Shown here: piece after piece, positions 8,571 to 19,115 of the stretch
Layout of the letters: each line of letters opens with the position of its first letter
Numbering within the stretch: the stretch's first letter is position 1
NCBI GenBank assembly: GCA_963663475.2
Contig: CAXXJV010000001.1
Coordinates: forward strand, 960,001 to 1,024,000
Source: Candidatus Cloacimonadales bacterium
GTDB lineage: Bacteria; Cloacimonadota; Cloacimonadia; Cloacimonadales; JAFGVF01
Length of the DNA: 64,000 nt
Direction: 5' to 3'
Translations under genes and position numbers: made by a program
Notes under the pieces: generated by a model
What the model was told of the DNA's origin: nothing
Database searches by the model: none
What the model saw: only the letters and a program-made list of their open reading frames with translations

Positions 8571-10229
8571 ATGAAGAATATAACACTCCTAGGAATTAAT
8601 GCTCGCTATACTCACTCCAATCTTGCCCTCTTTTATATGAGGGAGGCTATTGTTGATTTGCCTTATAAGGTGAATCTAAGTGAAGAGAGTATCAATCAAG
8701 ATAAGTTTAAAATACTAGCTAATCTAGTTGAGACTGAGCCACAAATAGTAGCTATTTCAACTTATATATGGAATCGGGAAATTGTAGAATTTCTACTCAC
8801 ATCACTTAAAAAGATTAATCCTGAAATAATTGTAGTTTTGGGAGGCCCAGAAGCGGGTTATAATAGGTCATATTGGCAGGGGAAAGACTTGCAAGCAGAT
8901 TATATTATAGTAGGTGGAGGAGAAGAGGCTTGGCGATATTTGGCACTTAATGATTTTAATCTTGCAGAAAGCTATTTAAGAATACCAAATAAAGCTTTCT
9001 CTAAGATTTCATTTCCTTATAAATCTAGTGATTTTTTAATGCTTGAGAATAAATATATTTATTATGAAGCATCTCGAGGTTGCCCTTTTAAATGTTCATT
9101 TTGCTTGTCTTCTCGTTCAGATCAGAAGTTAGAGTATAAAAGTTTTCCTGCAATTAAGTCCGAACTAGATATTATTCTAGCTCATAATCCAAAGATAATC
9201 AAGTTTGTTGATAGATCATTCAATGCTAATGCTAGTATTTCGCAAGCAATCTGGGAATATATTATTTCTTTAGAAACCAAGACTAAGTTTCATTTTGAAG
9301 TTCATCCTGCACTTTTTAAGCAAAGGGATTATGAGATTTTAGATAAATGTCCTCCCGATAGGATTCAATTTGAGATAGGAATTCAATCTACCAATCCAAA
9401 GACTATTACAGCTATTAATAGAAATCATCATTTCCAGGATTATCGAAGTAAGCTTGAGAAAATCTTGAAAATAAGAAACATACATAGTCATTTAGATCTA
9501 ATTATTGGCTTACCATATGAAGATAAAGATTCATTTCTTAATTCTTTAAATGACTTGCTTATTTTGGAATCTGATGTTATCCAGTTGGGTTTCTTAAAGG
9601 TCTTACCTGCTACGGAGATGGCTGAAAAGAGGGAAGAGTATGGTCTGGAATATGACTCATTTCCTCCCTATCAAATTCTGCAAACTAAATGGTTACCTTT
9701 TAAGGATATGCAATTTTTCTTAGCTTTTGAAGATATGTTTAATCATATTTATAACAGCTCTAGATTGAAAAGTAGTCTTAAATTTATCACAAGTTATTTA
9801 GATAGACCTGTTGATTTTTTTATACACTTTAATCTTTTTTTACAAGACAGATTTGACATTACTAATAGCAATTGGCTTGCTTTATTTGCAGTCGTAAGAG
9901 AATTTATACATACAAGTTATCCCCAACTAAATAAAGACTTGGTTGATGATTATTTATCCTGGGATTGGCTTCGTCATTCTCGTAAAAATAACCTACCTAG
10001 TTTTTTGGATAGGGAAGAAAATCATCTTTTCAAAAGACAAATATTTTCAGACCTAAAGAGCAAAGATGATCATGCTTGGAAGGAAATACTAGGGCCTCAT
10101 ATTAAGAATCTTAATAACTGTGCTTTTTTCATACCAAGAACAAAGGACTTTTGTCAGAAAGAACTGGCTGGTAAAACTAGAGTGCTTTTATTTAATCCAG
10201 AAGGTCTTGCTTTTATAGGAGAGAATTAA
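8571..10229 (+). CDS. B12-binding radical SAM protein (DUF4080-type)
   Basis: INARYTHSNLA, YYEASRGCPFKCSFCLS (CxxxCxxC), EIGIQS, HLDLIIGLPYE. Confidence 0.85.
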   Translation: MKNITLLGINARYTHSNLALFYMREAIVDLPYKVNLSEESINQDKFKILANLVETEPQIVAISTYIWNREIVEFLLTSLKKINPEIIVVLGGPEAGYNRSYWQGKDLQADYIIVGGGEEAWRYLALNDFNLAESYLRIPNKAFSKISFPYKSSDFLMLENKYIYYEASRGCPFKCSFCLSSRSDQKLEYKSFPAIKSELDIILAHNPKIIKFVDRSFNANASISQAIWEYIISLETKTKFHFEVHPALFKQRDYEILDKCPPDRIQFEIGIQSTNPKTITAINRNHHFQDYRSKLEKILKIRNIHSHLDLIIGLPYEDKDSFLNSLNDLLILESDVIQLGFLKVLPATEMAEKREEYGLEYDSFPPYQILQTKWLPFKDMQFFLAFEDMFNHIYNSSRLKSSLKFITSYLDRPVDFFIHFNLFLQDRFDITNSNWLALFAVVREFIHTSYPQLNKDLVDDYLSWDWLRHSRKNNLPSFLDREENHLFKRQIFSDLKSKDDHAWKEILGPHIKNLNNCAFFIPRTKDFCQKELAGKTRVLLFNPEGLAFIGEN

Positions 10230-10328
10230 ACCCAAAATGCAGTAGATCTTTGAGAATATGCACTCTTCACCTGTGATACCTAGCTTTAGCTAAGTATTAC
10301 TAAAGCTCTATTACAATATCTGGGTTAA
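10226..10328. mobile_element. MITE-like element, internally deleted copy
   Basis: AAACCCAAAATGCAGTAGA left end, TGCACTCTTCAC core, ATCTGGGTTAA right end. Confidence 0.55.
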
Positions 10329-10402
10329 AACAAAAAAAATATTGTCAAATCAAGCAATATAGGTTACTTTATTGTAAAAAGTAAAAGTAACGGAGAGCTA
10401 AA

Positions 10403-12904
10403 ATGAGTCTTTTCCCAGCACATGATCCTGTATTGATATTTTCTATCGTTATGACAACAGTCTTAATTGCTCCTTTATTGGCAGAAAAATTAAGACTACC
10501 TGGAATTATTGGTTTGATTTTTTTTGGTATTATTCTAGGTCCACATGTTATGAATGTTTTAGAGAAAGACCGAGCTATCGACCTTTTGGGTAAGATAGGT
10601 TTACTTTATATTATGTTTCAAGCAGGACTTGAGATTAATTTAGATGAGATAAAAAGAAACAAACATTTGAGTATCAATTTTGGTATCATGACTTTTTTGA
10701 TTCCGCTAGTCCTAGGAACCTTAGGTGCTTTCTATATCTTAAATATGTCCCTACCTGCTTCAATATTACTTGCAAGCATGTTCTCGTCTCATACTCTTCT
10801 CACCTTTCCTATAGTTTCTAGAATGGGTTTAGCTAAGAAGAAATCTGTAACAGCAACTATTGGGGGAACAATTATTACCGATACTTTAGCCTTCTTAGTT
10901 TTAGCTACTATAGCAGCAATCCATACTGGCCAAGTATCAGCTACTTTTTGGATAAAATTAATATCTTTTTCCTTAATCTATGGGGGAATAGTTATTATCT
11001 TGTTACCTAAGATTACCACCTGGTTCTTTAGAAGATTCTTCACAGAATCGGGAGTTGAAGACTATGTATTTGTCATTACAGCCCTATTTGTTTCAGCCCA
11101 CTTCTCGCATATGATTGGTTTAGAACCAATTATTGGTGCGTTTTTGGCAGGCTTAACTCTCAATCCTCTCATCCCTGAAAAGGGACTTCTAATGAATAGA
11201 ATCCAGTTTGTGGGCAACTCTCTCTTTATCCCTTTCTTCTTAATATCAGTAGGTATGTTAATCGACCCTGTCGTTCTTTTTACCAATAAATCAGCAATTT
11301 TAGTATCATTAGTCATGATTGTTATAGCTCTACTCTCTAAAGACTTAGCTGCACGTTTATTCTCTAAATTAGCTAAGTTCTCTAAAAATGAGAGAGGACT
11401 TATCTATGGTATGAGTGTTAATCAAGCTGCTGCTACCTTGGCTGCTGTTCTAGTGGGGTATAATATCGGAATCTTTACTGAAGCAATTTTATCTGGTACT
11501 ATTATGATGATAGTTGCTACAAGTTTAGTAGGGTCAATAATGACTCAAAAGTATGCTAAAAAGATAGTAATTAATAAGAAAAGTGATATTCAAGACATTC
11601 CAAGTAAGATGAGTCTTAATAGAATTTTAATCCCTCTTCTTAAAGAAAAAGATGTAGCACCGCTAATGGATTTCTCCTTCCTTCTTCAAAGTAAGGGCTC
11701 TCATGAACCTCTTTATCCACTCCACATATCTTTAGAAGGTAACAACATGGAAGAAAAGATTGTTGATGGAGAAGCTATTTTAGCCAAGGCCAATGTTAGG
11801 TCAAACTCAAATCAGAAAAATTCTATTCCTTTGAATAAGATAGACTCAAATATTTCTGCTTCTATTTTAAAAACTATCAATGAGCAGAGGATAAATAAGG
11901 TAATATTAGGTTGGAGTGAGAATGGACCATTTATAAGTTCCTTCTATGAAACAACCACTGAACAGTTAAGTCGCTATTGCTTAGAAATGATTCTGATAGC
12001 AAACTTGATAAAACCAATGAATATTACTAAAAGGCTTATCTTAATTGTACCTCCTTATCTCTATAGACAAGCTGGTTTTACTGATACAATCAATTCTTTA
12101 AAGGTGTTAAAGAATGAGTTGTCAGCTGAATGGCTTATTGTTTCAGAGGAAGAGACTTTTATAGAAATCAAGCATCATTTTGATAAGCAAAAAGCTAGTG
12201 TAGATTTTAAAGCAGTAGAAAGCTGGAAAACTGTAACAAACTTAATTAAATCTATTGTTGAACCTACAGATATGATTATTCAAATTTTGGCTCGAAAGGG
12301 CTCTATAGCTTGGAGGATGTCTTTTGATCAACTTGCTAATAGTCTATATAAGAATTTACCAGGAAATAACTTAATAGCTGTATATCCTTATCTCTATACT
12401 GATGAACACTTAGACCTATCATCAGATGATACTATTGCTGAAACAAGTATTAATGATACTTTTATTAATGACCTTATCCCAGCTAATAATATTTATTTTG
12501 ATTTGACAGAGAAGAATCCTGAAATCGCTTTTGCTAAGATTTTTAAAGATAGCCTAAGCAAGAATAATCAGCAAGTTCTCCAGCAAATTATTGATGTTCT
12601 TCACGATTTCCCACTTGAATTAACCCAAGAAATTGTTCTTATTCATACAAGAACAAATCTTGTGCAAGAATATCAAATATTTATTGCTGTGAATAAGACA
12701 GGTTTTGATATACCGAAAATTGATAATAACCATAAGATTATGATAATTCTTTTATCTCCAATAGATAAAACAACCCAAAGCCATCTTAATATCCTCTCGC
12801 AAATTTCTCGAACTGTTACCCAAGATAGGTTTGTCAGTTCAATCTTAGAATCAAATAATTTTGCTCAGTTTAACGAAATGTGTCAAGAAGGAAAATGTAT
12901 TTAA
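10403..12904 (+). CDS. cation/H+ antiporter (CPA2) with USP-like region and C-terminal PTS EIIA-like domain
   Basis: Many TM helices, MFQAGLEI, IIGAFLAGL, FFLISVGM; C-terminal IVLIHTR...HLNILSQISR resembles EIIA. Confidence 0.8.
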   Translation: MSLFPAHDPVLIFSIVMTTVLIAPLLAEKLRLPGIIGLIFFGIILGPHVMNVLEKDRAIDLLGKIGLLYIMFQAGLEINLDEIKRNKHLSINFGIMTFLIPLVLGTLGAFYILNMSLPASILLASMFSSHTLLTFPIVSRMGLAKKKSVTATIGGTIITDTLAFLVLATIAAIHTGQVSATFWIKLISFSLIYGGIVIILLPKITTWFFRRFFTESGVEDYVFVITALFVSAHFSHMIGLEPIIGAFLAGLTLNPLIPEKGLLMNRIQFVGNSLFIPFFLISVGMLIDPVVLFTNKSAILVSLVMIVIALLSKDLAARLFSKLAKFSKNERGLIYGMSVNQAAATLAAVLVGYNIGIFTEAILSGTIMMIVATSLVGSIMTQKYAKKIVINKKSDIQDIPSKMSLNRILIPLLKEKDVAPLMDFSFLLQSKGSHEPLYPLHISLEGNNMEEKIVDGEAILAKANVRSNSNQKNSIPLNKIDSNISASILKTINEQRINKVILGWSENGPFISSFYETTTEQLSRYCLEMILIANLIKPMNITKRLILIVPPYLYRQAGFTDTINSLKVLKNELSAEWLIVSEEETFIEIKHHFDKQKASVDFKAVESWKTVTNLIKSIVEPTDMIIQILARKGSIAWRMSFDQLANSLYKNLPGNNLIAVYPYLYTDEHLDLSSDDTIAETSINDTFINDLIPANNIYFDLTEKNPEIAFAKIFKDSLSKNNQQVLQQIIDVLHDFPLELTQEIVLIHTRTNLVQEYQIFIAVNKTGFDIPKIDNNHKIMIILLSPIDKTTQSHLNILSQISRTVTQDRFVSSILESNNFAQFNEMCQEGKCI

Positions 12905-13051
12905 TTTTTGTTTCTCTCAAACCCCTAAGATTATCTGATGTAGATTTGACCTATATGCATTGTTTACTGGCTGACTATTAGCCCTGGAGCTAATTAATGC
13001 CTAATAGATAAGCAATAGACCGTAAAGTAACTTTCTTAGGAACTGAGTGTA

Positions 13052-13216
13052 TATGGACTGAGAGCATCTTGCTCTCAGAATCATTTTGTGCAAGCAGGGA
13101 TGCTTTTTATGGACTGAGAGCATCTTGCTCTCAGAATCATTTTGTGCAAGCAAGGATGCTTACATTCCATAAGGTATCTTGCTCTCAGAAAACTCCATAA
13201 GGTATCTTGCTCTGAG
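13052..13216. repeat. tandem palindromic REP-like repeats
   Basis: Two ~57 bp copies of ATGGACTGAGAGCATCTTGCTCTCAGAATCATTTTGTGCAAGCA, then two of TCCATAAGGTATCTTGCTCT. Confidence 0.85.
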
Positions 13217-13258
13217 ATAGACTTCAGAAAAGACATCTTAGTAATATATTTACCAACG

Positions 13259-13288
13259 AAAAAGCCCCCTTTCAGGGGGGCAAAAAAG
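13259..13288. terminator. hairpin terminator downstream of rpmB
   Basis: AAAAAGCCCCCT-TTC-AGGGGGGCAAAAAA between convergent genes. Confidence 0.7.
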
Positions 13289-13333
13289 TATTTGATAAAC
13301 TACTATAGTTTAATTCTTTATAATAAATTAGAA

Positions 13334-13525
13334 TTATACAACTTTTTTTACTTTATTAGCTTTTAAGCAAGCAGCACAAATTTTAATAGTTTTAACTTCA
13401 CCATTAATATCAGCTCTAATTTTCTGAAGATTTGGGTAAAATCTTCTTTTAGTTGCATTTAAAGCATGACTACGAAGGTTTCCAACAATTGAACCTTTTC
13501 CGCATACATCGCATACTCGTGACAT
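13334..13525 (-). CDS. rpmB: 50S ribosomal protein L28
   Basis: [10 protein letters not shown]...[18 protein letters not shown]...ICAACLK. Confidence 0.97.
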   Translation of the reverse strand: MSRVCDVCGKGSIVGNLRSHALNATKRRFYPNLQKIRADINGEVKTIKICAACLKANKVKKVV

Positions 13526-13635
13526 AATTCACCTTCCTCATTTTTTTCTATTTATGACAAAAGAATGATATACATATATTTTGACAAGAATTTTGTTCAT
13601 TTTTTTTTAGATAGACAAATCTGTCCAGAAAAAAA

Positions 13636-15483
13636 TTAGAAACGTCTTCTTTCTCCCAAGAGAATAATATCTTTTAGATTCTTTTTTCTACTAGCATTAA
13701 TCCATTTTTTCTCAAATTCTTTATTCTGGACAATTTGAGCAATTGCGGAAAGAGATTTCAGGTGAATATTTCTTTCTGACATAGAACCAGCTAGCACAAA
13801 GATAGCTTTTACTTCTCTTTGATCTTCAGAAAATTTAATTCCTTGCTTAGATCTGATAAGGATAATTTCAAAGCTGTCTTCCTTTTCTACAATGAGATGA
13901 GGAATTGCAACAAAAGGAGTAAGAGCAGTTGAAGCCTGTTGTTCTCTATCATGAAGTTTTCTTAGAATATCTTCTTTTGAGATTGTTAGCTCTTTTTCTA
14001 GATGTTCAGCTATGAGGCTAAACAATTGATCTATGCTTATATTATCAGTAATATCCATAACTTCAGCATCCTCAATCAAGGTATCAAATTTATCTTTGGT
14101 AATATCATCTCTTTCATAGAGAATACTTTTTAATTCTCCTTCTAAATTGTAAGATGTTAATTTTTTGTTCATAACTCTTTCTATTAAATGAAGGAAAGCA
14201 TATTCATTATGTTCTTTCTTTTTCCCGTATAAAAGATAAACAAAAAAACCAAAGATTATTAAGCCAAAGCTTATGAGGATGGGGTAGAGTCCCATATCAA
14301 AAATCAGCATAATAAAAGCAAAGATGGCTAAAATTTGTGTCCAAGGATATAATGGTGCTTTGAAAGATGGACGATAGTTTTGAATTTTACTTTCTCTTAG
14401 GATTATAACAGATAGGTTAGATAGGATATAGTTCATAATAACAACAGTTGAGGCTGCTTTAATTAAAATATCTAATGGAAGTAAGATTGCAAATATTATA
14501 AATCCACCAGTTATTAATAGAGAAATAGTGGGTGTGCCAAGTTTTGGAGATATAAATCCTAATGCTTTAGGCATCAAATTATCTCTACTCATAGCCAAGG
14601 GATAACGTGAAGCTGACATGATTCCAGCATTGGCTGTTGTGATAAAAGCTAACATTGAAGCTATAAGAATCATATAAAAACCAAAGTTACCTAAGAATAG
14701 TTTAGCTGCATTGGCTATAGGAGTTAGATTATTAGGGTCTGCTAAAGTTCTAGGATTTTCTATACCAACAGTAACGATTAACATGCCAGTATAGAGGATA
14801 ATGGTAACTACTAAAGATGAGATGAGTCCTAAAGGAATATTTCTCTTTGGATTAGTAATTTCTTCTGACATTGATGCTACTTTGATTAGACCACCATATG
14901 AAACAAAAACAAATCCTGCTGCTATGAGTACTCCCTTACCTCCATTAAAGGTAAAAGGTTCAAAATGCTGAACATGAACAGATGAGATACCTCCAACTAT
15001 GTAAATTAACATAATAGAAATAAGGATTACTACTAAAGCTACTTGGAATTTTCCTGCCTCTTTAACTCCTGTTATATTGAGACTTACAAAGAAAAGTGTA
15101 ATCACTATACCAACAAGAGACCAGGTGGGGGAAGGCAAGGTAAAAAATAATTTGGCTACAGACATTATACCAATAATACCAAAAGCAGATTTTAAGGAGA
15201 GGGCAAACCAACTCAATAAGCCTGAAATGGTACCTACTGAAGCTCCAAGACTACGGTTAATAAAGAAGTAGTCTCCTCCAGCTTTAGGCATAGCTGTGGC
15301 TAATTCGGAAACAGATAAGACACCTGCAAAAGCAAGCAGACCAGCAATAAAATAGGAAACAAACTCTGAGGGACCAGTCATAGCAAAAGCTAAACCTGGT
15401 AAGATAAAGATACCTGAACTTATCATAGCACCAGTGGCTATGGAGAAAATTTCAGGTAATTTAAGAGCTTTCTTGAGGGGCAT
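13636..15483 (-). CDS. APC-family amino acid permease fused to PTS EIIA domain
   Basis: GAMISSGIF, ELATAMP.AGG, SEEI.NP.RNIP; C-terminal REQQAST...AIPH; start 15483 after AGGAGG. Confidence 0.85.
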   Translation of the reverse strand: MPLKKALKLPEIFSIATGAMISSGIFILPGLAFAMTGPSEFVSYFIAGLLAFAGVLSVSELATAMPKAGGDYFFINRSLGASVGTISGLLSWFALSLKSAFGIIGIMSVAKLFFTLPSPTWSLVGIVITLFFVSLNITGVKEAGKFQVALVVILISIMLIYIVGGISSVHVQHFEPFTFNGGKGVLIAAGFVFVSYGGLIKVASMSEEITNPKRNIPLGLISSLVVTIILYTGMLIVTVGIENPRTLADPNNLTPIANAAKLFLGNFGFYMILIASMLAFITTANAGIMSASRYPLAMSRDNLMPKALGFISPKLGTPTISLLITGGFIIFAILLPLDILIKAASTVVIMNYILSNLSVIILRESKIQNYRPSFKAPLYPWTQILAIFAFIMLIFDMGLYPILISFGLIIFGFFVYLLYGKKKEHNEYAFLHLIERVMNKKLTSYNLEGELKSILYERDDITKDKFDTLIEDAEVMDITDNISIDQLFSLIAEHLEKELTISKEDILRKLHDREQQASTALTPFVAIPHLIVEKEDSFEIILIRSKQGIKFSEDQREVKAIFVLAGSMSERNIHLKSLSAIAQIVQNKEFEKKWINASRKKNLKDIILLGERRRF

Positions 15484-15904
15484 TGCACCTCCTATCAATT
15501 AAAGTTACTTTTCTGTAATTATCAATAATTTCGAAATGAAGTTCAATTCTTTCAGGAGTGATTAAATCTTCAGCAATCTCAGGCCACTCTATGAAAACAA
15601 TACCTTCGTCAGTAAAATCAGTAATACCTAGCTCTAAAATCTCTTCAGCAGATCCCAATCTGTAGAGATCTAAGTGGAAGATAGTAAAGTCATGACCATC
15701 ATATTCATTTAATAATACATATGAAGGAGAGCTTACGTAGTCTCTGACACCTAACTCTTGGCAGAAGTTGCTTACGAAATAGGTTTTCCCAGCACCTAAT
15801 TCTCCGTAGAGAAAATAGATGTTCCCTTTTCTAGCTTCTTTTGCTAGCGATATGGCAAAATTCTTACTTTCTTCTTTATTTTTTAATATGATTTCTTTTT
15901 TCAT
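15461..15904 (-). CDS. tsaE: tRNA t6A biosynthesis ATPase TsaE
   Basis: GELGAGKT, VSSPSY, HLDLYRL, IEWP. Confidence 0.95.
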   Translation of the reverse strand: MKKEIILKNKEESKNFAISLAKEARKGNIYFLYGELGAGKTYFVSNFCQELGVRDYVSSPSYVLLNEYDGHDFTIFHLDLYRLGSAEEILELGITDFTDEGIVFIEWPEIAEDLITPERIELHFEIIDNYRKVTLIDRRCNAPQESS

Positions 15905-16042
15905 TTTTACCTTTTAATGATTTGATATTTTTATACAAAGTTAATGAGGAGAATCCCCAACAATTCTCCAAAGAGGAAAATTGTTAGGGAAACATTTTTA
16001 TCTAAACTTATAAATATTAAAGTTTAGTGAAAAATTAAATTT

Positions 16043-17602
16043 CTATTTCTTAGCTTTTCCTATAGATAGGGGGAGAATCATTTCTTGCATAGATATGCCC
16101 CCGTGTTGGAAGGTGCTATTGAACTTCTTTTGATAAGTATGATATGAGTTAGGGTAAACAAAATAGTAGTCTTCTTTAGCAAAAATATAATTTTCTACAA
16201 TATTTTTTACTGGGAGACCGACTGATTTTGGGTTTTTAACAAAGTAAGCATGCTTATTATTGGCAGTTAAATTTTTACCATCTTTGTACCTAACTGTCTG
16301 TGAAGTATCTCTATCTCCTACAACTTGAGTTGCTCTATTAACTCTTATAGAACCATGATCAGTGGTAATAACAATATTAGCACCTTGTTTAGCAATTAGT
16401 TTTAATGCTTCATATAAAGGTGAATGAACAAACCAGTGTTTAGTGAAATTTCTTAGCGCTTTTTCATCTGGAATAGTTTCCAGCAGTATTTGATCTTTAG
16501 ATCTATGGTGTGTTAATAAATCTAAGAAGTTATATACAAGGACAACTAGCTTTTCATTTTGCCAGCTATCGATTTTTCTGATAACAAAATTTCCTTCTTC
16601 AATATTGAAAATCTTAACATACTTAGAAGGTACTTCTAGATTCACACCAATATCTTCTAAGTGTTCATCCATTAATTGATGTTCATTGCGGTTGCGACTA
16701 TTATCTAGGTCAGACGAGTTATCCCAATATTCAGGGAATCTCTTGGCGATATCAATGGGTAGCAAACCACTGAAGATAGAGTTGCGAGAATAAGGAGTTG
16801 CAGTAGGTAGGATAGAATAGTATAGTTGCAAATCAATATTAAAGAGTTCTTTGAGATAAGGTTCAATAGCAAGATATTGATCTAATCTAAGGCAGTCTAG
16901 AATAATGAAGTAGGTTGGTTTATCTTCTTGGAGAAGAGGCTCAATGTAATTAGAGATAAGGTCAAAAGAAAAGTTAGGTCTCTCATCAGAATTAATCCAT
17001 TTCTCATAATTCTTTTCCACAAAGCTTGTAAATTCACTGTTACAGCTTTTAATTTGGAGAAAGTGCATTTGCTCTAAACCTGAATCTTCTACTTCTGAAA
17101 TTCTTAAATCCCAATTACACAAATCTCTATAGATATCATACCAATCCTCAAAGCTGGGATTGTTCATAATAATATCATTAATTTTGCTCACAAATTTGGT
17201 ATATTGGAGTCCTAGTTGACTCTGAATAATATTAGTTGTCTCAAAAATTTTCTTAATAGACATGATAATCTGGTTAGGGTTTATAGGTTTAATCAGGTAG
17301 TCAGCTATCTGATTTGCGATAGCTAAGTCCATAATACCCTCAGCTTCACTTTTGGTAACCATAACTACTTTAATATCTGAATCTATATTTTTTATTCTTT
17401 CTAAAGTTTCTAATCCATCTAAGCCTGGCATCATTTCATCTAATAGTACTAGATCAAAATTATTATCTTGAACTTTTTCAATTCCGTCCATTCCATTTGA
17501 TGCAACATCAACACTATATCCTTTTTTCTCTAAGAACATTACTAAAGGTTTTAGTAGTTCAACTTCATCATCAATCCATAGTATTTTAAGTTCTTTGTTC
17601 AT
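16043..17602 (-). CDS. porX: PorX-like response regulator with PglZ (alkaline phosphatase-like) domain
   Basis: ILWIDDE, LLDEMMPGLDG, YSILPTATPYSRN, TTDHGS, FQHGGIS; directly upstream of tsaE as in Bacteroidota. Confidence 0.85.
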   Translation of the reverse strand: MNKELKILWIDDEVELLKPLVMFLEKKGYSVDVASNGMDGIEKVQDNNFDLVLLDEMMPGLDGLETLERIKNIDSDIKVVMVTKSEAEGIMDLAIANQIADYLIKPINPNQIIMSIKKIFETTNIIQSQLGLQYTKFVSKINDIIMNNPSFEDWYDIYRDLCNWDLRISEVEDSGLEQMHFLQIKSCNSEFTSFVEKNYEKWINSDERPNFSFDLISNYIEPLLQEDKPTYFIILDCLRLDQYLAIEPYLKELFNIDLQLYYSILPTATPYSRNSIFSGLLPIDIAKRFPEYWDNSSDLDNSRNRNEHQLMDEHLEDIGVNLEVPSKYVKIFNIEEGNFVIRKIDSWQNEKLVVLVYNFLDLLTHHRSKDQILLETIPDEKALRNFTKHWFVHSPLYEALKLIAKQGANIVITTDHGSIRVNRATQVVGDRDTSQTVRYKDGKNLTANNKHAYFVKNPKSVGLPVKNIVENYIFAKEDYYFVYPNSYHTYQKKFNSTFQHGGISMQEMILPLSIGKAKK

Positions 17603-17650
17603 ATAATCCTCTGATTTTATTATAGTAAATACCCTTGATACTGCAATAGC

Positions 17651-18277
17651 TTATAGATTATCTCCTTCTACTTGTTCTTCAAATTTTCTTTGTTTCTCTC
17701 TAATTATATCATTAATCTTTTCTAGGTCACTATCCTGGAAATAAAGAGCCATCTTATAGTTAAGCTCTTTGCCTGAGCAATTAAAGAATCCCTTCATGTT
17801 ATCTAGAAATTGTTCAACAAAGACATCTTTAAGGGTCTTTGAATCTTCTCTCTTTTTATCATTAATTTCTTTAATTTTCTCTTTCAAATCTTGATGAGTC
17901 ATTTCTTCAGCTTGCTTAACCCATTCTTCCTGAACCTCATAGCTGGTGTCTTTAATCAGTGGCTTGATAAGATTTAACCTGTCAAAGCCAATCTCTTTAA
18001 CAGTCTCACTATCAATATTCATATCTTTAATATAAATATCATAGATGGCTATTAATTTTGAGGCTAAGGTGTTAGACATGTTGTATTCTGATTCAATAAA
18101 CTCTTTAAAGTTCTTGTAACCCTTGATTTTAAATGTTCTCATTCTTTTCATTTCAGATAGCAACTCTCCCAGAGCTACAAAATCTTCTTCTAATCTATTT
18201 TTGATTTGACCTATAGCCTTAAATCTCTCTTCAGGAGTTAAACGCTCGCTTTGATCTGTATTGAATATTTCTGACAT
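17651..18277 (-). CDS. hypothetical helical protein
   Basis: 208 aa ORF with RBS within the operon. Confidence 0.7.
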   Translation of the reverse strand: MSEIFNTDQSERLTPEERFKAIGQIKNRLEEDFVALGELLSEMKRMRTFKIKGYKNFKEFIESEYNMSNTLASKLIAIYDIYIKDMNIDSETVKEIGFDRLNLIKPLIKDTSYEVQEEWVKQAEEMTHQDLKEKIKEINDKKREDSKTLKDVFVEQFLDNMKGFFNCSGKELNYKMALYFQDSDLEKINDIIREKQRKFEEQVEGDNL

Positions 18278-18296
18278 AATTAATCCTTATTTAATA

Positions 18297-19109
18297 TTAT
18301 TTATTATCTTCAAGTGGGAAGTAAATGTGGTCTTTTTGAGGGAAAGTTCCAGCTTTAACTTCCTTACTAAATTCTTGTAATGCTAGAGGTATATCTCTAT
18401 CTAAATTTGCATATGATTTAACAAACTTGGCAAGATAGTCTGAATTACCTAAAATATCATGATAGACTAAAACCTGGCCATCAGTAAATCTACCAGCACC
18501 TATTCCAATAGTTGGAATACTTAATTTCTCACTTATCTCTTTAGCTAAACCCTCGGGAATACCTTCTAAAACTAGCATAAAGGCACCAGCTTTCTCTACT
18601 GATATTGCTTCAGCCAAAATTTCTTGATACTTCTTAGGGCTTTTACCCTGTACTTTGTAACCACCAAATTTATGGACTGATTGAGGTGTAAGCCCTAAAT
18701 GAGCAACAACAGGAATCTCACAATCTACAATTGCTTCAATTGCTTTGATCCGTGAAGGAGAACCACCCTCAAGTTTTACAGCATTAGCCTTCCCTTCAAT
18801 AATTAAACGGGCAGCATTTTCTTTAGTTTTATTTGTATCTAAATGGTAGGTCATAAAGGGCATATCAGCTACTATGAAAGTATCTCCAGCCCCTCTTCTT
18901 ACCGCTTTCCCGTGATGAATAATATCAGTTAAAGTTACCTCTAAGGTGTTTTCATAACCTAAAACTACCATGCCTAAACTATCTCCTACAAGTATAATAT
19001 CACATTCAGACCTTTCTACTAACCTAGCTGAGGGATAATCATAGGCTGTCATCATCACTATTTTTTCATTATTTATCTTCATTTTTTTATATGAATTTAC
19101 GTTTAACAT
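18297..19109 (-). CDS. panB: 3-methyl-2-oxobutanoate hydroxymethyltransferase
   Basis: TAYD, LVGDSLGM, ADMPF, VKLEGG, HLGLTPQ, IGIGAG, DGQVLV. Confidence 0.97.
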   Translation of the reverse strand: MLNVNSYKKMKINNEKIVMMTAYDYPSARLVERSECDIILVGDSLGMVVLGYENTLEVTLTDIIHHGKAVRRGAGDTFIVADMPFMTYHLDTNKTKENAARLIIEGKANAVKLEGGSPSRIKAIEAIVDCEIPVVAHLGLTPQSVHKFGGYKVQGKSPKKYQEILAEAISVEKAGAFMLVLEGIPEGLAKEISEKLSIPTIGIGAGRFTDGQVLVYHDILGNSDYLAKFVKSYANLDRDIPLALQEFSKEVKAGTFPQKDHIYFPLEDNK

Positions 19110-19115
19110 CTTTTA

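Noticed and set aside
15955-15991. Hairpin between porX and tsaE as a structured RNA
   Set aside because: A single imperfect stem with no recognisable family features; could be a simple processing or terminator element
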